Assembly (NCBI RefSeq): GCF_018977255.1
Contig: NW_024704742.1
Coordinates: 132,434,001 to 132,498,000, forward strand
DNA: 64,000 bases
From: Callorhinchus milii
Lineage: Eukaryota
Reading direction: 5' to 3'
A program made the position numbers and the translations under genes. Position 1 is the stretch's first letter. Every line of letters starts with the position of its first letter. Of the stretch, positions 40,049 to 51,499 are shown in pieces. The notes under the pieces are model-generated. The model did not search any database and was not told the DNA's origin. It was given only the letters and a program-made list of their open reading frames with translations.

Positions 40049-40849
40049 TTTACTGCACTTGAACAAGTTAAAAAAGTAAGTTTTTTGGGGGCCGTCATCA
40101 GGATGTCTACACAAGTGGAATCCCATTATCATACAAAACAGAGTTCCACATATGTACGCTTATATATTCCCTGTGTCTGGAATAGAGTGTGCACTCTCTT
40201 TCTCTGTGGAATGCACCCTGCTTTGTTGGGGTCTTGGGAGTTTAATCAGATGAAACCACAAAGCTTACCATTGCCAGCACTTTCCAGCAAGCTATTTGTT
40301 TATCTGGAACCACCATATCCGAGTTATTAGTCAATGAAAACAATTTAACTGACGAAAATTCTGATATCCAACTAAAATATTAGTGGAAATCACCATTTGA
40401 AGAACCGACTCCATGTGTGTCAGGGGGCCTCCATTTGTTGCCTGAAACTGAGAGAGGGATGTTGACTGAACTGACATTTAACGATTTTCCTATTTTCCAG
40501 AAAAGCTAATGCAACTACGTAGGATTTTCATCATCTTTATTAAAGATGGAAAAGAGGCCCATTGAACGAGAACTATTGATCCTTGGCAACTGCTCACAAT
40601 GCATGATTAAAAGTAAGGAGTTAGTTATGTGGGCAAATAAAGGGGCAGAGCTCTGGCCTATTACATCTTGGTACAAAATCCTTCAAAGTGGCTCTCTGAA
40701 AAGAAAAAGGGTGAGGATTATGAAACTCAAAAGCTTAGTAATGCTACATTCATCCATACCAAAGCCAATGTGAATTTGAAAGTAATTTAATTTTACATTA
40801 AATTAATTATATAGTATTCTAGAATAGTTTACAATGCTGGTGGTAGGTG

Positions 40850-41210
40850 GGGGGGTAGGGTAGTTGAGGGGAATGATGGCTGAACGGTGGGGTCAAAGAG
40901 GAAGGTCTGGATGCGGACCTTGAAAGAGGCGAGGAAAGGGGCAAGTCAAAGAGAATCCGAGATGGAATTCCAGAAGGTGGGGCAGATATGCTGAAAGCCT
41001 GACTTCTGTTGGTGAGTGGGAGGCAGAGGTGAAATAGACAGATACCCGCTGAGTGGAGAGAGCAATCGGGTTGGTAGGATTTGAAGAAATCGCAGGGTGG
41101 GGCAAGACCATTGAAAGATTTAAAGGTTTGGAAAAAGATCTTGAACTCAATTCACTTGGGGATGGGGAACCAGTGGAACAGGATTAAGATGGGGGTGATG
41201 TGCTCGCAGA
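40850..41210 (-). mobile_element. Old L2 3' fragment
   Basis: Degenerate similarity to the L2 ORF2 C-terminus. Confidence 0.65.
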
Positions 41211-42859
41211 TTAAAATTGAAATACCTTTAGATATTATTAGTCACTTATTTTTTTAATGACTGCATGGTAAAATAATTTTGCATTGTCAAATGTTGACAT
41301 TCCACTCAACTATACATGGATAATCCATCTCAAACGAGAATGAGTTTTTAAAATCGGTGTTGGTGAACCTTAAAATATAAAAAGCCATTGGTTCACCAAT
41401 AGAACACAAAACTAACTTTCTGATGTACTTGTGTATGTACACAATGATGAAGGGCAATTCTTAAGAGTTTTGTAGTATATCAGACCTGTAAGTAAGTGCA
41501 GTAAACTTGCATAAGAATTAGAAGATTCTGGCCCACAGGAAAACATTTCCAGTCACATCACTGACCTCCAACCACATTGCCGGCACTTAAAGGATGCTCA
41601 CATTTGGCACCAAAATAAGCAGCTTGATGCAGAATGCCCCAAGTGTGAGATGACCTTAGATCATGGGTTAGTGTGAGTTGTAATAAAGTTAGCTTTGGTT
41701 TTTTAAGGACATTTTTGCCTTCGATTGGTATTACCCAAATACCCTGACACTCATTACAATGGAAGATGCATCATGTCTAAAAATGTTGTGTGTGTGGCAG
41801 GGAAAGGGGGAGGAGCAGAGAGGGGATAAGTCTTCTTAGGCTAAGAAATTGTGCTTATAAGAGACAAGTCAGCAATACAATGTTCATGGTTTACTAGGCT
41901 GCCCGGCACAACAACAAGATTTGAAGGTGTAGACATATTCATAACCTTTCAAACCAAATCTCAGTGATCAAGAATCTAGACGGACAAGTACCACTTATGC
42001 ATTTACCATTATAATAGATATAAATAAATAATAATCCTTGCACTTGATATATTCTATTATTATATTTTATATATGTATAATGAAGTGGTAAGAATTTCAT
42101 ACAATTAAAAAAAGTTGACAATAAAAATATCATAAAACTAAAATATGGATGCAATAAGGCACAATATCAAATGCAATATTTATTATTGTAAAACTAATTT
42201 TATGAGATGAGTGCAATGCTAAAGGACTTGTAAAGAAAATAAGATGTTTTCTAAAGATAGAAAATGATTATAAATTATAGTAAACACTGCCAAGTTTAAT
42301 TAAAATCAATTTAAAGTCCATTCTTAGGGAACCTGAAGTAGAATAACAGATGACAATACCAAAACCCATCTGCAATACCTTTCAATTGATAAAGTCCTAA
42401 AGTCGCACAAATTATAATTTCAGCACAATAGTTTTTTTAAAAAAAAATTAATTACCCACATCACGTCTTTAAAGGTCCTTGTACTAGATGCTGGGGAACA
42501 CGATGTAAAACTGGACTGAAAATATTTTTATTCCGCAAATTTCTCATGGAGATTAAACATTGGGAGCGTGCAGAGAAGGAGGTGCACTCAATCACCAACT
42601 TATTGGCCTAAGATAGACACATTTCTAATACATTTATTATTATTAAAGATATAGATATATACGTATAAATATATATATATATATGACTATTTAAAAAAGA
42701 GCATAAACCGCAAATTTATACACCAATGTTGGGAAATCGTGCACACTTTAATCAGGCAGAGTACAATGCGAAGCATTTTATATTTTATGAATACTGCATG
42801 AATATATATAAATATATTTGAGTCTTTTAATGGTTTCCTACCTTCTATATATATTAAAT

Positions 42860-42887
42860 ATAAATAAATTATCTATCTATATATATC

Positions 42888-42925
<38 letters not shown>

Positions 42926-43010
42926 ATGTAGACCATTATAAAAGCAAACTCAAAACCCTGAGATTGTTGACAAGGCCTAAACACACTCTCTCTCTCTCTC
43001 TCTCTGTGTG
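42860..43010. repeat. (TA)n/(GA)n/(CT)n microsatellite cluster
   Basis: Directly visible. Confidence 0.9.
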
Positions 43011-43180
43011 GTTCCACCACCACACCATCTCTCTCCATCTCCTTTACCGCATTCATTCTCCCACCAAACACAAACTATAACACAGAAAAACCGCACACAA
43101 AACAGATAAATAATTAAAAGCTTAATAATTTTCGGAGGGAGGGAGGGAGGAGGAAAGAAGAAACGAGAAAGAAAGGGGAG

Positions 43181-43429
43181 AAGGAGGTGAAGGGATGGGG
43201 AAGGAGGTGAAGGGATGGGGAAGGAGGTGAAGGGATGGGGAAGGAGGTGAAGGGATGGGGAAGGAGGTGAAGGGATGGGGAAGGAGGTGATGAGATGGGG
43301 AAGGAGGTGATGAGATGGGGAAGGAGGTGAAGGGATGGGGAAGGAGGTGAAGGGATGGGGAAGGAGGTGAAGGGATGGGGAAGGAGGTGAAGGGATGGGG
43401 AAGGAGGTGAAGGGATGGGGAAGGAGGTG
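43181..43429. repeat. 20-bp minisatellite (AAGGAGGTGAAGGGATGGGG) x12 plus a partial unit, in FAM219A intron 1
   Basis: Directly visible tandem units. Two adjacent variant units (AAGGAGGTGATGAGATGGGG) at 43281-43320. Confidence 0.97.
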
Positions 43430-43567
43430 TGTGTGTGTGGGTGGGGGGGGGGGTGTCTGGTTGGAATAGATAGGTTGGAGGGGAGAAAGGTGAGGGGGGG
43501 GGAAGGAAGAATAAAAAGACTTGGAACAAAAAAACATTATTGTACAATACCAATGGGAGGGAGAGGG

Positions 43568-43598
<31 letters not shown>

Positions 43599-43626
43599 AA
43601 GAAAGGAAGAGTTTCTTTTTCCTTAC

Positions 43627-43686
43627 CAGAGGTTGTATTTCTGAACGAGCTGTAGGGACTTGAAAGCGATCGATTTCCTCCATCAT
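43627..43686 (-). CDS. FAM219A: FAM219A coding exon 1 (60 nt): MMEEIDRFQVPTARSEIQPL
   Basis: Translation matches the recalled FAM219A N-terminus (human MMEEIDRFQVPTAHSEMQPL). Starts ATGATG and ends at donor CTG|GTAAGG, phase 0. Lies next to the CpG-rich region. Confidence 0.96.
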
Positions 43687-44716
43687 TTTTTTGAGGGGTG
43701 GGGGGGGGGGGGGGGGGTATGTGGGGGGGGGGTATGTGTGGGGGGGAAATAGCAGCAGCAATGTTTTTTTAAAAAAAGAAATAAAAGAGACGGTGTTTTC
43801 AAGAAAAAAAAGCAAAGCAATTTCCCGGCCCGGACGAGCGAATTAATACGTAAAATAATATAATAAGACTCTGCGATAACCTTTTGCTGGTGCCTCTCTT
43901 TTTCTCTCTCTGTTACGTACTCCTTCCTTCCTTTATTTCTTTCTCTCTCTCTCTTTCTCCTTCCCTCTCTCCCTCCCTCTCTCTCTCTCTCTCTCACATG
44001 TTCCCTGTCCTGACCACCCACCCGCTTCACGGTTCGCTTCGGCTCAAACCAGTCCGCTCGTCCGACTCGACTGACTCACGGGGCGGCCCGACATTAAAGT
44101 AGCCCAAACCGCCCCGAAAAGTAGCCCGACGTGACGCGTGCCCTCTGTGCCCACGCTTTAAGGTTCTTTTTTTAACCTATATATACATATATATATGAAA
44201 TGTACGTCAGAAAAGGTCTTGAACCCCCCCCCCCCGTCCTCTCATTTAAAAATTAAGCAGCCGTTTTTTTTCAAACCCCCACCACGCACGTTACGCTAAG
44301 GGGGGGGAGGGAACACGCGCAGTTGGGCGTGAAAACCGCCCGCGTCCCGCCCTCCTCAAATCACTGCGAGCGAGCGAGCGTCGTCACCGGGTGACTCACT
44401 CAGACGCCGGCTTCCCTCGTCACGCCTGTCGGGGCGGCGGAGGACCCCCTCCCCCCTCTCTCTCACACTCTTCGCAATCAGGGAGTGAGTGAGTGAGTGG
44501 TGGAAGGGGGGGTGGAGAGAGAGAATTAAATACAAAACAAATCAAATCCACTCCACAATATTATATATATATATATTTAAAAAATCCGGACACACACACA
44601 CACACGCACGCACACACACATAAAAATAATTGAAGCGCATTTGTTTTTCTCTCTCTCTACTCAGGCAGATTTGGAGACAGCTTTCCCGGTCCCTCCCCCG
44701 CCCCGGGCTGCTCGCG

Positions 44717-44730
44717 GTTGCCTTGGTAAC
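44717..44730 (+). promoter_or_regulatory. RFX X-box (GTTGCCTTGGTAAC)
   Basis: Fits the X-box consensus GTNRCC-N(0-3)-RGYAAC and lies upstream of a motile-cilia gene. Confidence 0.8.
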
Positions 44731-44976
44731 GAGTGGGCCGGCGGCGGCGGCGGCGGAGGAGGAGGGAAGGAAGGAAGGAATAAAGGCGAAGAGGATCGAA
44801 TCGCGGTCAGGATTTGTTATAATTTTAATTTTTTTTAAAAAAAAACGTAGACGAGAAGAATGACCGTGAAAGAGTCGTTGTTTTGTTCTGCGGTCACTTT
44901 CGCTGTCTCCGCTCGTGAATAGTTTGGGATATTGTGGTTTTTTTTTATTTGTTTGGGTGTGGGAGGCGCTCTGCTT

Positions 44977-44990
44977 GTTACCAAGGCAAC
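44977..44990 (-). promoter_or_regulatory. RFX X-box (GTTACCAAGGCAAC on +), exact reverse complement of the 44717 site
   Basis: Consensus match about 180 bp upstream of the DNAI1 ATG. Confidence 0.8.
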
Positions 44991-45171
44991 CGCCGCCATC
45001 ACCACCAACAACAACCACTGCTGCTGCTGCTTCCATTGCTCGGCTTTCCTCACCAACTCCTTTTATACTTTTTTTCTTCCTCTCCTCCCTCCCCCCACTT
45101 TTCAGGTGCTACGGTTTTCTGTTCTCTCTCCTTTTTTTCTGCTGAGGAGGAACGACTGAGGAGAGGCGGAG

Positions 45172-45204
45172 ATGCCGCCCCGACAATCGACCAAAGCCAA
45201 ACTG
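45172..45204 (+). CDS. DNAI1: DNAI1 probable coding exon 1 (33 nt): MPPRQSTKAKL
   Basis: ATG in a good context (gagATG) at the edge of the CpG-rich region. Donor CTG|gtaaat, phase 0, compatible with the next exon. This N-terminus is poorly conserved, so it is less certain. Confidence 0.7.
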
Positions 45205-46669
45205 GTAAATTCCCACTATCCTTTACTATTTCTGCATTTTAATCCCCGACCCTCTCTCTCCCCCACTCTATATAGTCACATATACAGTCAATTCACTTCA
45301 CGGTATATTCTGTGAAGCGCTTTGAGGCGTCTCGAAGACGCGATCAGGCGCTATGTCAAATGCAAGGATTGTTGTTAATAGGAAGATATTCTATTCATTA
45401 TATTATAATCATTCATTAGCTCTGAGACATCGCAACGACTTGATACGGTGCTATCTCAAAGGCAAGCATTATTGTTATTGTATTCATTATGAATATAATT
45501 AGTAATATTCATTATCATAGGATTATATATTATAGAATTATATATTTAATAATACAGCAATAACAATTTGATGCAGCACCTTTCAGAGAGAGGACTTTAC
45601 AGATTTACTGTAAAGTTTGTGACTTATTTTGTAGGTGAACTCACTGACGTTCTATGCATATAATATGCATATAAAATATTGTTTAAAGAGTAATTGTATT
45701 CACTGCAAACCTCATAATAATAATCCTTGCATTCGATATACCGCCTTTCACATGGTGGGTGGGGGTGGAGGGGATCTCAAATTACTTAATTCTCAAATTC
45801 AGTGACTGTGTTTTTGTAGGTGATAAATCTAGCATCTATATTGCTGGGATATGTACAGTATATCTGTATTTGGAGCTTCGACTTGTTGGCCTTTGACTTA
45901 ATATTGGATCTTTATGTTTTGGTAAAAGAGAAGAGAGTTTCTTCCAGTGTTCTGGCCAACAGATAAAATTGGCTACTCACTTTGTAGCTGTTTGTGAGCC
46001 ATTGCTGAGTGCAAATTGTCTGTTCCATTTGCCTTCAGAAGACGTCACAATGTAAGGATGAAATAATATAATATTACAATTAGAAACTGAGCTCAAAGTC
46101 CCAAAGGTGAATCCATAACCTTCTGTCTCAGAGACAAGAATGCCACTGACTAAATATGTTTCTTTAATTGTGAACCTTGCTTGTTAATTTCTCCTTGGGG
46201 AAATCTGGGGCTGGTTGAGGAGAGGCTATGTACAGCATTTTTTTAAAAATAACTTTATTTTACCCTGTTATTTTCACAAAAACAAAAGACAATCTTGTTT
46301 CTAAATGTAACATGTTTCAATTCTACAACTTAGAGAAGAATATTTAATTAGAAGTACAATAAAAACATAATAAACTGGACCAGCAAGAATTGAGTCATTC
46401 CATGAGTTTGCTTATACAGTATTACAACTGAGCTCAGTTGCATTTATTTTGGAAGAAGAAATCTCAAATGAAAACGTTACTATTGGAAATTACATTAATT
46501 CAAATTAATACTGTTATTCTAAAGGCCTCCACAAAACACGATCTGAAACTTCTTTATTCAAGTAGAAACAATCAATTCTGGTTCTTTCCAAACAATATCC
46601 CCTTCTTCCTGGTATCAACCATGTGAAACAACACTGTGCACTGCTAGAACTGTAACCAGTACTCCAATC

Positions 46670-48003
46670 TGTCCCGCTTGATTTCTCGTCAACATCCTTA
46701 AGAACTAAATGATTTAGCGTAGATTGCTTCCCTTTGTTCTCTTTCCCTAACATCTACAACTTCATTTCATTAGCCTCCTCATCCTTCTTGTTCTCCTTGA
46801 CCTCTCTGCAGCTTTCGACACCGTCGACCACTCCATCCTCATCCACTGCCTCTCCTCTCACCTCAACCTCCACGGTGCTGTCCTTGATTGGTTCAGATCG
46901 TACCTCTCACACCGACTGCACTTCATCTCCTCAAACGGCTTCTCCTCTAGCCCCCGGACCGTCTTGTGCAGCATTCCTCAGGGCTCTGATCTTGGTCCCC
47001 TCCTCTTCAATATCTATATGCTCTCTCTAGATGACATCATCCGCAGACATGGGGTCAACTTTCACATATATGCGGATGACGCCCAACTTTACCTCTCTGC
47101 CTCTACCCTCAACTGCAGGATCACTGCTGTCCTGACAGAATGTCTGTCAGACACCAAGTCCTGAATGAGAGCTAACTTTCTTCAATTGAACATCAACAAG
47201 TCCGAGGCTCTCCTGATTGGCTCTCATCAGCGCCTCCTCAACTCAGGCGCTGACAGCATCTCTATCCATGGTTGCACGCTCCACCTTACTAGGCCAATCC
47301 GGAACCTTGAGGTCTTGTTTTACCCTCAACTATCCTTTCTACCCCACATCTGCCCCATGACTTGCTCTGCCTTCCCCCACCTCCACAACGTCGCCCGCCT
47401 CCGACAACTCACACTGCAGGACGCCGAAACCCTCATACACGCCTTCATTACATCGAGGCTCGATAATACAAACTCACTAATTGTCAGCCTCCCCAACTCT
47501 TCCCTCCACAGGCTGCAGATCATCCAGAACTCTGCAGCCTGTATCCTCTCCCGCACCAGACTCCGCGACCCTATCATCCCATCCTTGCCTAACTCCACTG
47601 GCTTCCCATCACACAGAGGATACAGTTCAAGATCCTGGTCCTCACCTTCAAAGCCCTCCACACCCTTCCCCTACCTCACCCTATTCACTCCCTCCACTCA
47701 GTGGGTTCCAGCTTGCTTCACGTCCCCTGCCTTGCTCGCCCCACTATTGGCAGACGGGCCTTCTGCCACTCTGCACCCACCCTCTGGAACTCCATCTCGT
47801 AGTTCCTCCGTCTCGCCCCCTCCCTCGCCACCTTCAAAACCCACCTCAAGGACCTCCTCTTCGACCGTGCTTTTGATTTCCCTGCTTCCCCCCTGGCCTC
47901 TACCCTTCCCCACCCCGACCTGCAGCTCGGGTCTGTAACTCTGTTTGTCCAGCGCCTTGGGACGTCCTCCTGACGTAAAATGTAATTTTGTTCTTGTTAT
48001 TGT
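46670..48003 (+). mobile_element. L2 family A remnant (RT to 3' tail)
   Basis: IPQGSDLGPLLFNIYML...HIYADDAQLYL...MRANFLQLNINKSE...[11 protein letters not shown]. In-frame stop at 47162-47164. Confidence 0.92.
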
Positions 48004-49023
48004 TCATTTCTCAACAGGAAACCTACATTTACCACCAAACTGCTCATTCTGCTGAGCTATCTATTTCTTCTCACAGTACATTGTGTTCTTTCTCAGTTTG
48101 CCATACACTTTAATTTAGATGCCATCAACAAACGTAACCATTTCACTCAGCATTTTAAAAACATGAATCATGATTCCTTCCGGTTTTGTGAAAGCTCAAT
48201 CCTGTGAGTTTCTCTTAAAAAAAATCACACTATATCCTGACATTATTCTTGTCATTCTTCTGGATTGCATTTAGGCAATTCAATGCATTTAGACAACTTG
48301 ACTAATTTGCCAAACTCTCTACATTTGTTTCTTTGTATTTGCAAACTTGCCAGTTCACATTTGTGGAAAACTACTGTTGTGTGGAGAAGTGTGAAGACAA
48401 AACAGATGCAGCAATTTCCATTTTATTGATGAGTGAAGTAGAATTGAACTCCATACAATGTACAAAAGTGGTTTGAATTTCTACAGAGGGAGATGCACAA
48501 AATAATGGATGAGAACAATGGGAACATTTCAGAAACCAAGATCCAATTGTTCTTTGGAAGATTTTGAAAATAAAATGTAATTATGACTGGATGATCATTA
48601 ATATTTAAAGTGAAGCGAATGTTTGCAGCACTCAAGTCTATCACCTATCCAAAATTTTTTTTAAAAAAATTCTACTATCAGCTATCAAAAAGCATACTAA
48701 AAACAGTTTCTATTCTATTACCTGATATTTCCAGTAAACATAAATGCCAAAAACAATGTCATCAATTAGTTTGATTTTACATAGCGAAACATAGAGAATA
48801 ATCAGATATTTTAAGCCCAAGTATGTGTTGATTGAGATTACTGGATGATTTCCCAATGGGAAGGGGAATCTGTTGATGATTGTTGCTTTATACAGTATTT
48901 ATTCATCAAATGTCTGTAGAAAACCTTCATTCATTTTCATCACTTTTATGAACAAACTCCCGAAAGAATGCAATTTTTCTTCTTATTTTGCTTTTCAAAC
49001 CATGCCATTGGAAATGAAATTAG

Positions 49024-49378
49024 ATAATAATAATAATAATAATCCTTGCATTTGACACAGCGCCTTATCACGTCTTTGAGACATCTTTGTAAAGTGAATT
49101 AACTGTATATTTTATGGGCGAAACGCGACAGCCAATTGTGCACAGCAGTGTCCCACAAACAGTTGTGGATTGAAGTGATCAATTTTTTTTTGATGGAATT
49201 ACTTACTACCCCTGGAAAAGCAATTTGCCAATCGGCTAACAATCGGGTTCCTATTTACTGCTAGGTAAACAGAGGCATGTAGAGTAAGGAAACTTGCCCA
49301 ACATTTCTTCCTGCTGGGAATCAAACCCAGGTATCTTGCTTGCAACGCGAGTACTCTAACCAATGAGCTACAGGACTC
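49024..49378 (-). mobile_element. Full-length SINE (long form)
   Basis: tRNA head at the right end, (TAA)n tail at the left. Confidence 0.88.
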
Positions 49379-49543
49379 TAACTCCATAGTTAGTAAATAA
49401 AGGAATTCAGGGGCATGATAGCATGCTAATTAATGTTCTGTTTGTATATATTTTAATATCTTAAATACTATTGAAATCATCAATTATGCTATTTGAAATT
49501 AACATAGATTCATATGAATATTTATATATTATCTTTCTACTAG

Positions 49544-49612
49544 GCTTCCACCTCCTTACAACCAGGCAAAGGCCAGGCAAAAGGTGATAAGAGCTCCAGG
49601 AAGACCAAAAAG
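49544..49612 (+). CDS. DNAI1: DNAI1 probable exon 2 (69 nt): ASTSLQPGKGQAKGDKSSRKTKK
   Basis: Acceptor ctttctactag|GCT, donor AAG|gtaagg, open frame, phase 0/0. A basic segment just before the DED exon, as in mammalian DNAI1. Confidence 0.75.
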
Positions 49613-50424
49613 GTAAGGATATTTTCTCAATCATTTCAGTTAAAAAAATAATAATGCTTACATTAATGCCGTATCAAGTCAAAACATCTCAATGTGCTTC
49701 ACAAGACTTTTTCTGTAAGGTATAGTGACTATGTATTTGCAGTTGCTGAGGCTGCCAATTTGCAGAGTAAGAACCACAAACTGGCAAGAAGTTAATTACC
49801 ATTTTTTTTAAACGAGGGGACTTTGGGCCAGAACACTATTCGTTTTGAATAGTGCTATGAGATCTTTAATATGAAGATAGCACTTCAGTTTAATGTCTCA
49901 TCCAAAGATAGCACATCTGACCATGCAGCACTTCCTTGGAACTGAATTAGAGTATCAGCTTTGACTGAGTTCAAGTACTATCAAGAAGTACCAGCTTCTC
50001 CAATTTTGCGAGGCAAATCTTGAAATGAAAAAGGACACTGCCTACAAGTTTGATTTGAAGCCACCTACTTTGAGTGGGGTAGATCAGGCAGAGTGGATTG
50101 AGGGTTTATGTTTGACGTAACATTTTCTTAAAATGTGATTGATTATTCATTTGCAGTGTTAATACTTTTTGTAGGTTTATATTCTATTAAAACAATTCTG
50201 TTCTGAAACCTGTTTGGTTGTGCCATTCATTGTAGAGTACATATAATGCTCAAAGGGGTCCCCACTCCACCCCCCATCTGTGCCCCACTTCACTGGTGTG
50301 TGGATGACTAGAAGGAGTTAAGTGTAAAGGTTCAGATAAAAGTGACTGATTGCGGACTGGATGTTTCCATTGCTGTAAATTCGAGTTATCAGGAGAGGCA
50401 AGTTTCCTCCTCAAAAAAATACTA

Positions 50425-50548
50425 ATAATTTGATCACTTCAATCCTTGACTGTTTGTGGGACACTGCTGTACGCAATTGGCTGTTGCGTTTCGCCCACAA
50501 AATACACAGTATATCGTGTGAAGCGCTTTGAGACGTCTCAAAGACGTG

Positions 50549-50586
<38 letters not shown>

Positions 50587-50930
50587 CCTTGCATTTGATA
50601 TAGCGCTTTTCACGTCAGGAGGACGTCCCAAAGCGCTTCACAGAACACACTGTAAAGTGAATTGACTGTATATTTGTGGGCGAACGCGGCAGCCAATTGC
50701 GCACAGCAATGTCCCACAAACAGTCGTAGATTGAAAATGCCCAATTTAATTATTGTTTTTGGTTTTTTGGAGGGATTATTATTAGGCTCGTGTGGAGTAA
50801 GGAAACTTGCCCAAGGTTTCGCCCTCTGCCTGGAATTGAACCCAGGTCTCTCACTTGCAAAGCAAGTGCTCTAACCACTGAGCTCCACAGCGTGATAAGG
50901 CGCTATATCAAATGCAAGGATTATTATTTA
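50425..50930. mobile_element. Nested SINEs: a - strand near-complete SINE (about 50553-50890) inserted in the tail of a + strand SINE
   Basis: Target duplication CGTGATAA at 50545-50552 and 50891-50898. Confidence 0.88.
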
Positions 50931-51123
50931 TTTATTGTTATTATATGTTTTCTGCACATGAGATATACTAAGTACAGTGCTGTATATGGAAAGATTGGGC
51001 TACCATTTCCTTGCCTTACATTACATAGCTTTAATATGCAAGAATGAAATGTGCTGCAGAAACCTTGCCTTAATGGCATCAGGCAGTTCAGTACTTGTGT
51101 ATTTGTTATGTGTAAGTCATTTA

Positions 51124-51428
51124 CAGTAAACCTCACATAAGTCATATCAATTGGGATCATACCTTCAACATGATTTATGAAAGTATGAGCTGTGTCAAAC
51201 TTGCATAGATTATAAACTCTTGAACAGGACTTGGGCAGATGTATGACTTAGACAATTATATGATTCATACAAATCAGGATTATGCAAGTTTTACTGTAAA
51301 ATCTGACATACATGAATTTACATAAATCATATATGATGCGACTTAAGCAAGTTTCACATAATTCATACTTTGCATAAGTCATATTAAATGTATGGTCCCG
51401 ACTGATTCGACTTATGTGAGGTTTACTA
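51124..51428. mobile_element. Tc1/mariner (Tigger/pogo-like) MITE with about 80-bp imperfect TIRs
   Basis: TA|cagtaaacctcacataagtc ... gacttatgtgaggtttacta|TA, with extended arm complementarity. Confidence 0.85.
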
Positions 51429-51499
51429 TAGCATTTGAAGGATAGCAGAATGAGGCAACAATCAATATTGTGTATATACTTGGCTTCATCTCATTCCAT

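Larger units (their letters stand above)
43690..45200. promoter_or_regulatory. CpG-island-like bidirectional promoter and 5' UTR region between FAM219A and DNAI1
   Basis: CpG density is visibly much higher than elsewhere in the window. Contains GC boxes (gggcgg), TGACTCA and GTGACG motifs. Lies between two divergent start codons about 1.5 kb apart. Confidence 0.85.

Noticed and set aside
43181..43429. Regular 20-bp repeat array as a CRISPR array, and the Pro/Ser-rich ORFs across it (42977-43553)
   Set aside because: The units are contiguous with no unique spacers, there are no cas genes and the context is vertebrate. The ORFs are by-products of a stop-free minisatellite.
44542..45242. Several overlapping ORFs in the CpG-rich region
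   Set aside because: Low-complexity translations typical of GC-rich or microsatellite promoter DNA. Only 45172-45204 fits a spliced gene model.
47165..47938. 257-aa ORF, the longest in the track, as a host or domesticated gene
   Set aside because: It is L2 ORF2 sequence preceded by an in-frame stop, and it drifts out of frame. Many similar decayed copies are present.
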